This document shows, one piece after another, positions 53,923-64,000 of a stretch of 64,000 nt of DNA (position 1 is its first letter; each line of letters begins with the position of its first letter). Made by a program: the position numbers and the translations under genes. This DNA is from Eledone cirrhosa (Eukaryota), in NCBI GenBank assembly GCA_964016885.1, contig OZ024742.1, positions 221,588,001 through 221,652,000 on the forward strand, given 5' to 3'. Below the pieces are notes generated by a model. The model was not told where the DNA came from. It made no database searches and was given only the letters and a program-made list of their open reading frames with translations.

Positions 53923-54606
53923 TGTGTTCTGTCTCTTCTTCTCACCATCTATAACACAAACACACATACACACAACAGACAACACACTATCTTTCTCTTG
54001 CATATACACACTCGCTGGTCAATCGTTCAGCCATGATCCCTCACGCTCTTATACACATACATATATATGCACACACATTAAAATGGCTAGTTCGATGCGA
54101 TGTCTTCTTCCTCTTTAAGTCCTTTCTAGTATCATATATACATATAGTTTATCTTATGTGATCCTTAATCCACCCTTCAACAAATATTCCCTTTATATAT
54201 ATATATATATATATATATGTTATACTCAGTCTTATTTATTGTACATTATATATATCTAATGTAACCATCTTTATTTATTTGGATATAAGGATATAACATT
54301 GAAATACAGCAGTGGTTGATAACCATAAATAATACCTTTATATATGTATATATTCTACTCCAGGGCTTTATTTATTTTATATGATGCATATTATATATAT
54401 ATATAGTTATGTTTCTATTTGGATATAACATACATTCACATACAGTAATACAGAGTTGATGTCTACATAATACCTTATATATATATATATATATATCACT
54501 GAACTATATAAACAACGATTTCAGTAAGAAAACTGCCATCCAACCCTAATGGGAATTTTCTGTTACGAACGTGTATGTATATACAGTGGGTGTGTATTTT
54601 GTAATG

Positions 54607-54643
<37 letters not shown>

Positions 54644-56054
54644 ATTAAAGCGATGTATATTTAAGGGTGTTTGTATATAGTATAGTATATATTCTATTTT
54701 AGTGAAGGTAGATTACTGCACACATACACACATTTGTCAGGATAATAACAAACAACCATGACTTATTTTAGGTACACATTCCACCGTTATGGAGTTGTAT
54801 CTATCTACCCTCATCTCTCGTCCATGGAAGTATAATAGACAAAATAATCAGCTAAGGTTAATAACTCAAATGAACTAATGGCATTAATTTCGATAGCTTA
54901 AGCACTGAATGCTATGTGTAGAAATCTTTAATTTAAATTTCTCTTGATGTAATGAAACGAAAAATCTCTTAGAGATCAGGGGGAGGTAATTTTATGAAAT
55001 TAAGGATTAATCCTTTCAAGTTAATTTACAATGTTATGGGGGAAATCTGAGCTTTGTAGGTTGGAGGATGATTATGGTTATGTTTCGGCCTATTGGACCT
55101 CATCAATATATTACTGATCAAACTAGTTTGAGTAGGATATAATTAAAATGCCTAATAGATAGAAACATGTCCGTAATTGTCCTTTGTTTTCAAATGAATA
55201 TCAAACATTCTATTAATCATGTAATTTAATTTTTAAATTAGTTTATTTAATTGAAATTATCTGCCCTTTGTTTTGAGACCTACTAATATTTGCCGTTTTT
55301 GTTTCCTTTACCTAAGGGAAAATTCTTCGAAATAAGAATTTCATCGGGTACGTTAGTCAGTAGATGAGCCCTTAACCCAAGAAAATATAGCCCAACATCT
55401 AAATAATTTACTCATTCTCTCATTAATATAATCATTTCAATTTTGTTATATATATATATATTAATAGTTTTTGTTGTTTAGTATCTGTGGATAATATTTG
55501 TATAAGTTACTATTAATAATGAATATAAAACTCTATAAGCCCATACACAAGCACATACATACATACACATATATATATATATATCATAATCTATAATATA
55601 TATATATGTACATAGACAGGTGGAGAGAATTTCCAGGTTGGCTATAATAAATTTCTTTTGTATATGTCATAATTTCTTTCGCTAGAAGAGAAAGGATTTC
55701 GGTTTAAATCGATCGTGTAAAATGATTGATAATTCATGGGCGTAGGTTGCTAAACTCGAATCTGGTGTTACTTGAAAATAGAATATCAACATTACAACCC
55801 CCTGCACCCCCCCCCCCCCCCCCCGTGTTGGCAATCCAAGATTTCATATTGTCGAAATCATTATTTTTATTCGTTAGAGCATCGGACAGATGCTTTGTGG
55901 TGTTTACGTTCTGAGTTCAAATACTGTCGCGATTAATTTTGCCTTTCATCCTTTCGGGGTCGATAAAATAAAATACCCGTAAAGTATTAGTACTGGTTTA
56001 ATTGTCCCCCCCCCCCCTCTTCCACTTGTGCCAAAATCAGAAACTATTATTCTT

Positions 56055-56488
56055 AGGCTTAACTACAGTTTAGTGCCCCCCCCCCCACTAGTTTGTTTCC
56101 TCATAATGAATATATTTTTATGAAATTTTGCAGATGTTTTTCAAAGTCTAGATTACAGTTAGGTTGGTGAATTTTATATAATTCATATTTGCAGAAATGA
56201 CATTACATTCCACTACAAAATCATGCCATTATCTTGATTGTCAATATAAAATTCGAAGGTTTGATGAAAATTATTTCCTAGTTTATGTTTAGCTTACTAT
56301 AAACAAAACGTATTCAGAAAATGAAAGCATTAACGGAACTATTCAATAATGAAAGTATTTTTTTAAAAAGATTGTTTTATAAAATTTCATTAATATAATC
56401 GTAATCTATAACTTTCTCAGCAAATTGTTTTAGAACATGCGTTATAGGAAAACAGTCGAATGTGAGGACTAAACTGTAGTTATGCTTG
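56055..56488. mobile_element. MITE with ~24-bp TIRs (possibly PIF/Harbinger-like)
   Basis: AGGCTTAACTACAGTTTAGT / ACTAAACTGTAGTTATGCTT; the interior matches fragments at ~10780-10850 and ~11212. Confidence 0.65.
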
Positions 56489-57843
56489 TTTATTTATTTT
56501 CTGCTATAGTTAATGTGTATTAGACTTTTTTTTATTAGCTAATCATAGTCTCAGGGTGCGGATTCTTCCTCGTGATGTGTGGTGGACGATTGAGTTTGTG
56601 GTGTTCGTGCCATTTTGAACTATTTTGTATTTGAACTGCTATCCACCCGAGATAACGAGAGCTACGTGGTTGCTCGACTGGAAATGACAGCCAAAGCCAA
56701 ATTTCTCTCAAATCTTTTACCCTACCGTCACAAAACGGAAGACATTCGAACGACCTTTCGTAAGCGGTAGGCGAAATGTTAACAATGATTTTCTCATATT
56801 TCGTATACGAAAGATCGCGCGCGTACGACTGGCATATATACGTCTGTGTGTACAGTATCAGCAGAAAATGCACACAATTACATAACGCGTACAAATATAT
56901 CGTTACCTCGTCAGCCTCCTTGCTAGCAGTGCAGTTTCGTGCATTAAGATGGTACAGTACTTGCAATATAAGTTTGCGCAGCAGAGCGGAGCCCCGCTCT
57001 GTTAGTGTGATGCATATGAAACGATAACAAAATATAGCCGTGTATGGAGAATGTTGTATAACATTATGGTCCTTGCCATTCTGAGTTCAAATCCTGCCGA
57101 GGTTAACTTTGCCTTTCATCCTTACGGGGTCGATAAAATAAAGTACCAGTAATGCACTGGATCAGGTGCTAAACAAGAACAAATACATACCTTGGAGTAT
57201 CTAAGGTTTGACAAACTACAATTTAGTGTCTCTCTTCCAATTTTGTTTCTTCATAATTTCTTAATGCATATTTTTACCAACCTGGCCAAAATCGACCATG
57301 TAAAGGGTTTCTATTTAAATTAAATAAATTGCTGTCTAAGTATTGAAATAATAATTTTAGTAAGTCCTTAAAATGCTTCACTTGTTAATTGAAATAGTGT
57401 ATTTCATTAGAAATACAGCCGTGAAAGGGTTCAACATTTTTATTCCAGCCTACACGAAACTGGCTTTAGTTCTATAAAACAAAACCATCCGTTTTAAAGG
57501 GATCTTATATGAAATTGTTAGAATATATAAATTTAAATAAGAAACCATATGTAAAATTGCTACGTTAGTAATTAACTAATTTTTAATCCTTCCGTAATTA
57601 ATTGAAATAGTGTATTTCATTTTAGAAATATGGTCGCGAAAGAGTTGACATTTTGCAAATGGCAGAGCGTGATTGCTATAAAAGGAGACTTGGGTGTTTT
57701 ATTTAGCAGGTCATGCGACCACATAGAGGCTTGCTGGGCGACACTGCCTGGCATTGAATGGCTAATGTAAATTTGAAGAAAAATTTGACATTCAGTTAAT
57801 ATCGAGCTATATTCCTCTCCGTTTCTCTCCTGTTTGTGTGTGT

Positions 57844-58230
57844 TGGATTGGTAGAGGGTCGGACGCCATGCTTTGACGCATAGTTACGGCCTTTGCCTTT
57901 CATCCTTACGGGGTCGATAAAATAAAGTACCAGTAATGCACTGGGTAATTGCTGGCTTTGTGCCAAAAGTAGAAACAATTATAGTCTTTCATCAGGCAGT
58001 GGATTGGCAGTATCGATAGAGGGTTGGACGCCATGCTTTGACGCAAACTTTACCTTTCATCCTTAGTCGATAGAATAAAGTACCAGTAATACACTGGGTA
58101 ATTGCTGGCCTTGTGCCAAAAGTAGAAACAATTATTATAGCCTTTCATCCTTACGGGGTCGATAAAATAAAGTACCAGTAATGCACTGGATAATTTTTGG
58201 CCTTGTGCCAAAATGTAGAAACAATTATTA
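57844..58230 (+). mobile_element. Three tandem, internally deleted Deu/Nin-like SINE units
   Basis: Repeated GCCTTTCATCCTTACGGGGTCGATAAAATAAAGTACCAGTAATGCACTGG...GTGCCAAAAGTAGAAACAATT. Confidence 0.88.
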
Positions 58231-61200
58231 TAGTTTGATAAAGAAAACAACTATTGCTAGTCACTCTGTTTATCTCTCTCGAGCGTATGTAATATATATA
58301 TATAATCTACAAACGTATCTTGGTTGAAATTTGGTGAAGAAAATATTACTGTAATGTGATTTGTAAAATTTGAAGAAATTGACATTCACCTCATATCTAG
58401 CTATTTCCCCCTCTTCTTCTCTCTTTCGTCATCCTCTATTCACCCCTCCCCCCTCTCTCAGGGTTAGGTCCAATAATAATGGTTACTTCCTATAGCCAAT
58501 GACTAAAGATTGTAAAAATTGTACAGTGGTGGTAGTTATTGGTTGTGGGCGATTTGACTGGGTTGGTTGGCTGGTTGGTTGTTTAGTTGATACTGACTGA
58601 TTCACTATAGTGTGTGACCTACTGCTGGTACTTATTCATACACTTCATTCATACGGGTGTTGTGATTTATTTTTTAAATCATTGTACAAATATGTGCGTG
58701 TATTATGTATGTGTGTGTGTGTATATATATATATGCACATATATAGGCACACATACACAGACATATAATGGACCGACTCTGTTGACATTTAATCTAATTC
58801 AATTATTATCACTAGCCATATTTACCTATATTTCCTTCACCCCTCTCTTTCTCTCTCTCTTATCAAATATGGTGCTTTCGACAAATAAATCATGTATTTA
58901 ACTCTCAGCAACCCTATCGTCCAGAATATTTAGTGAATATTGTTGAATTGTTCCTGTGTTGTGGCATTTGTTCCAAATCTTTACATTTTCAGTTCAGATC
59001 CTTGCCTTTCATCTTTTTAAGATCAATAAAGTTATAGTCAAGTACTGAGTCAACTTCCCCCGTCACTCAAATTGCTGGCCTTGTGCCTAAAATAGAAACA
59101 TATTAATCTTTCCATGAAACCATTTCTGGAGTTCTGTGAAATAGTCTTAATAAATTCTGTGGCAATGCCTTTAATGAAGACCACTCTGTTGCAATAATTT
59201 CGATCAGGTCTCTAGTTTGTGGATATCTTCTCTCTTTCCCTCCAGTCTCAGAATCCCTGGAAATCGTCTAAGCAGTCTCTGGAAACTAAAGCAGATATAA
59301 AATGTTCTCTCCCAAGCATTCTCGTTTATTAGCTATTTGCATTGTTTTGATAACTTTTTAAACTTGTAATGTTTTTAAACTTGTGATGGTTGAAAGGTGA
59401 TTTAGGATTGGCTTATGATATTTATATATGTGCTTGTGTGTGTCTATGTATGATCGAGGGAGTCGTAGGAGTGCCCTGTGTTAATACAGCGTTTCATCAT
59501 CATCATTTTACGTCCGCTTTTCCCTGCTTGCAAGGGTGGGACGGGAACTGATTCTGGCTTGATTTCTACAGCTGGATGCCCTTCCTAACACCAACCTCAT
59601 TTACAGTGAGTGCTGGGTGCTTTTTTGCCGTGGCACCTCCACGACCACTTTGCAGTGGAATGATAGGGACCCCAGTCCCTATCATCTCATTTCTACAGCT
59701 GAGTAAACTGGAGCAATGTGAAATAAAGTGTCTTGCTCAAGGAAACAACACATCACCCGGTCTGACAATTGAACTCACAACCTTTCGATTGCAAGGCCAC
59801 AATGCTCTAACCACTAAGCTATGTGCCTCCACTTTCTAGGTCATTTTTAAACCTTGGCAGAGCCCAACTCCTCTCCATGTCTGAATACAACAGATTTCTT
59901 CCAGGGAAAGAAAAGAAGTGAGATATAGATGAAGAATCAACCCCAGTACTAGACTGCTACTTTTTTTTTTATTGACCTCAAATAGATTAAAAGCAAAGGT
60001 GACTGTGGCAAGATTTTAACTCACTAGCGAACCAAAGTGAATATTGCAAAGCATTCTATTTGATGTTCTAACTACCTTGCCAATTCAGCACCTTTGTGTG
60101 TGTGTGTATACATATAGATGAAAAGTAAATGTGGTTAGAAACTAGAGGCTAGTGTTTGGAGGCAAGATAGGACCTGAGAAGATTCTTGTCTAGACAAGCA
60201 TTTGATAACCTCTCTACTGCCGATGCCACAATAAAACTCACCCAGTTCACCCTCTGAGGTGATAGTGCTGGTGCCATGTTAAAATGCTCCCTGTGCACTC
60301 TGTAAAGTCGTTGACACCAGGAAGGTCTTTCAGCCATTGAAACCAACCCAAAGATAGAATATATGACCAAAACATGGTAACCAACAATGATTATAATTGT
60401 TTCTACTTTTGGCACAAGGGCAGCAATTATCCCAGTGTGTTACTGGTACTTTATTTTATCGACCCCGTAAGGTTAGCTTTTGTTTTTCTTTTCCCTAAAA
60501 TTTTCTTAATATCACATCTGAAATATAGATTACAATATTCTGCAAAAACAATTTTTTTTTTTTTTTTTTTGTTTCAGTTTCAAATCTAACCTAACCCAAA
60601 TTAAAATGTTGAAGAAAATTATTTTGTCAAATTGTAATCTCTTGTTTCAAATTTAGAAATATGAAGAAATCTTTCAGAAAAGAATTGAAAGCAAAATAGT
60701 TATAGGAGTTCTAAGTGTCGGACCGAAATCCAAAAATCTGCCAGTTTTGTTATTTCATTCAAAATAAATCCAGTACACTATAAATTGACATGGCTGGAGC
60801 TATGATAAAATAAATCCACTAAACTCTGCAAATTGGTAGTGCTGTTGCTGCCATGATAAAATGCACTTGGTATACTATTAAGTGGTAGGCATTAAGAAGG
60901 GCATCCAACTGTATACCAAATATGGAATATGAGTAAATACATGGTTCCCTGACTAGTCTCAATGTATAACAACCTGTCCAACCCATGCTAGTATGGAAAG
61001 CAGCCGTAAAGTGATATAAGATATAATAGTTCCGTTGACCAAATAATAGATTGAAATCATGGGTTTATTCATCTCAACCATTTTCTTCAGCATGTGTGTA
61101 ATCATGAGATTTGAATTGCTTTAGTAAATAGTTTTCATCTTAAGACTTTCATTACCATATTTCTAATGAAATACACTATTTCAATTAATGAAAAATTTTA

Positions 61201-61372
61201 AGGAACTTACTAAAATTATTTCATTTCTAAAAATAGTAAACAAGTGGCTCATATAAGATTATAGAAGTTTTACCTAAAAAGAAAACACAAAATTCAACTG
61301 ACTGAGTGTTCTTGAAAGAGATGACTATATATATATTTATATATATATATATGTTTTGAAACAGCAAGAGTT

Positions 61373-61550
61373 TGAAATTAGAAATAAAGCTTTCACCGTA
61401 TTTTTTGTCTAAAGAAATTTTAGCCTGATAGTGTGGTTTAGTATACGTCAATACTCGTCTTTTCCATTTCTTAAAGGGTTCTAAACCCCACTATCGGGCT
61501 AAAATTTCTTTAGTCAAAAAATATGGCGAAAGCTTCTATTTCTAATTTCA
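61373..61550. mobile_element. (TA)n-embedded fold-back element with half-hammerhead motif (GAAAGCTT) in both arms
   Basis: ~69-bp inverted arms with a ~40-bp spacer; GGCGAAAGCTT at 61525-61535; the right arm abuts (TA)n. Confidence 0.7.
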
Positions 61551-61569
61551 TATATTTATATATATATGT

Positions 61570-61673
61570 AAAAGGTAAACAGAAATAACAACAGTCGGTA
61601 CAGTATATGGAAGGAACATATTAGGTTAACGCTTGAAATAGCAGGAAGAGGGTCAACGTTTTGGACGCTAGTC

Positions 61674-61676
<3 letters not shown>
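61570..61676 (-). mobile_element. Truncated hammerhead remnant plus tail between (TA)n tracts
   Basis: Minus strand AGGAC-TAGC-GTCC-aAAACGTT-GAC: stem II plus palindromic stem III; G12 is mutated and the core is lost to (TA)n. Confidence 0.5.
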
Positions 61677-61715
<39 letters not shown>

Positions 61716-61779
61716 TAACAAGTTATCGTTTTAGGTAATCCAGTTGTACAGCCGACCATGTTATTCTTCACTCTTTCAT

Positions 61780-61826
<47 letters not shown>

Positions 61827-62557
61827 TTTAACTTCAAACATAGCTGTATACAAATATGTATGTGAATTTTGTATATCTAAAGAAATACAGTATGTTTATA
61901 AATATAAGGTTAGTAGTGTTCATGGCCTCTGGTGGTGGGAGGGTGAAGGTATTTATCTAAAATGGGTGGTTTTGTTTCATAGAACCAGTGTTGGTTTTAG
62001 CCAGGTTACTACGAAAAAGGTTAATGCAGTGAGCATATTTAGGTTATTTTTTTCTGCTCACTGAACCAGGTTGCAAACAATGACAAATTATTGACACCAA
62101 GAAATAAATATAAAGTGAATTTAAGTTTTGTATATTTGTTTTGACTAGCTAAAACAACTCTCACTATGTATTTGCTTTAATTTCAACAAATGACCTATCA
62201 AGTTGCTTGCCAGACAAATACAACTCTAAAATTATGTGTATTATCTTATCTTTCAAATATTAAAAGAATGAGAATACCAAAGCATTAAAAAATGTTAGAT
62301 ATTTATCTCTATTGGTAAATACAATTATTACTTAGGCTGTAATTAATTCTGAGATTAATCTAATTTTTGCTTGTTTATGTACATATTACACATCGAGCAT
62401 TCAATGCCTAGGTCTCATTACAATGCAATATCTCACTTTGTACACAAGCATCATGAAATCTATTTGCTGAAACCTTTTTTCTGGCTAGCTTTGGCCTTTA
62501 GTATGTTTATACTGATTTTTGAAGTTTAGTCATGGGAGTGAACAAAACTAGATTTAA

Positions 62558-62767
62558 CCCTTCAGCATTTACATTACTCCATATATACTATTGTATTTTC
62601 GCAGTAAAGGCTTTATCCTACATAATATTGAATCTATGAGATTTTGATATAATTTATTTTGAGAACAATACCTTAACATCTGTATAAGTGGCCAGTTACA
62701 GTCTGTTTCAACTGGAAGAGGTGAGAGAATTCTGGTCGGATTTGGCTGGTTTAAAATGCTAAAAGGG
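62558..62767. mobile_element. piggyBac-like MITE, copy 1
   Basis: TTAA|CCCTTCAGCATTT ... AAATGCTAAAAGGG|TTAA. Confidence 0.85.
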
Positions 62768-62922
62768 TTAATCAACAGCAATTTTATATAAAAAGATGAA
62801 CTTTCAAAGTAATACTGTTTCTCCAAAACTTTCTAAGTAATACGAATGAGAGATGCTGCCCATGATTTTCTGATCACTTTGAAAATATTCAAGTATTTTG
62901 AGGGGAATAACTTTCTCATTAA

Positions 62923-63116
62923 CCCTTTAGCATTCACATTACTCTATATATACTATTGAATTTTCACAGTAAAGGCTTTATCTCACATAATATCGAATCT
63001 ATGAGATTTTGATATTTATTTTGAGAACAATACCTTAACATCAGTTTGAGCGACCAGTTACAGCCAGTTTCAACAGAAAGAGGTAGAGAATTCTGGCCGG
63101 TTTGAACATTAAAGGG
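62923..63116. mobile_element. piggyBac-like MITE, copy 2
   Basis: TTAA|CCCTTTAGCATT ... ATTAAAGGG|TTAA; interior homologous to copy 1. Confidence 0.85.
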
Positions 63117-64000
63117 TTAAGTTTGTGTTTGGAACATAGATTTTTACATAAAATGATATGATGGAAGGTTTTTAGATAACTATACATATTTTAAAATAAA
63201 AGGCTTTGTATCATATAACCAGGGATTTAGTATCAAAAGATTCCTTCCTTATCATCTGCTCAGCAGCAGGAATTCTATTTTCATTATAATACTGCAAGTA
63301 TCTAGCCATTTATGATAATGTTTGGATTAGTAATATGTATAGCTTAATGGACCTGTCTAATGTCTCTCTCTCTCTCTCATATAGAGAGACATCATAATCC
63401 TTTTCTGACCATATTTCTAATAAAAGCATGATATTCAACTAATGAAAATAATGAATTTGGATGGGATTTAGTAATATAACTTTCTCGATTATGTTAGTCT
63501 TTGGAACATACCTTAACAAAGATTCTTACATAAAATTATGATGAAAGAGGGTTCTTTAATACAAGCAGTTTTAAGCCATTTGGTTTCAAACGGAGTAAGC
63601 TGATGTTTGGAATATAACTTAAAGGTTCTTACATAAAATTATGATAGGTTTTTAAATAAATATAAACATTTTTGTATTATGGGCTCCATAATGTGGTGAT
63701 GTATCAAAAGGTTAAGCTGAGATCTATTTAACTTTTTCGATAAACAAAATTGAAAAACCAGTCATGTTTTCATACCTCTGTGTGTGTGTATGATCATCAT
63801 TATCCAAAGATGAAAGAAATTTTCTTTTTTAACAGGTTAGGTGGAAATAAAGGGTTTTTGGTCTTTCTAGGCTGGCTACCTTTGTGATTAATATACTTGA
63901 TGTAAATAATTTTACCATCACTATTTCGTTATTGAATGTTTGTAAGGAAAGTTACATTTCCCTTTCTAGTTAATAAGGGTAATAATGGTTTCTACTATAA

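Noticed and set aside
55075-55110. Minus-strand TTGATGA-GGTC/GGCC-GAAAC hammerhead-like motif
   Set aside because: C3 is mutated and there is no stem III/NUH or stem I pairing; it may be a dead remnant but is not supportable.

Overview
AT-rich, microsatellite-dense eukaryotic DNA. The SINE families look like those of a coleoid cephalopod, probably Octopus (inference from recalled repeat sequences, no search run). No intact host protein-coding gene can be supported; almost every ORF in the track is a microsatellite artefact or a transposon fragment. Content: (i) at least 8 fragments of CRE-clade non-LTR retrotransposons (RT plus restriction-like endonuclease), one young copy at 1-1161; (ii) RTE- and CR1-like LINE remnants; (iii) a decayed full-length mariner transposase gene; (iv) many tRNA-derived SINEs and MITEs (Tc1/mariner-, Tigger-, hAT- and piggyBac-like); (v) a ~10 kb strand-asymmetric trinucleotide-derived satellite block at 23.1-33.3 kb. 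The strongest unannotated signal is a set of minimal type I hammerhead ribozymes: four full-core copies (4276-4358, 7484-7525, 8086-8126, 42696-42761) plus several 3'-half hammerheads. They lie in short non-coding elements embedded in (TA)n tracts, several with a shared fold-back architecture: (TA)n, inverted arm, spacer, arm, tail, (TA)n. This points to a (TA)n-targeting Penelope-like/retrozyme system.
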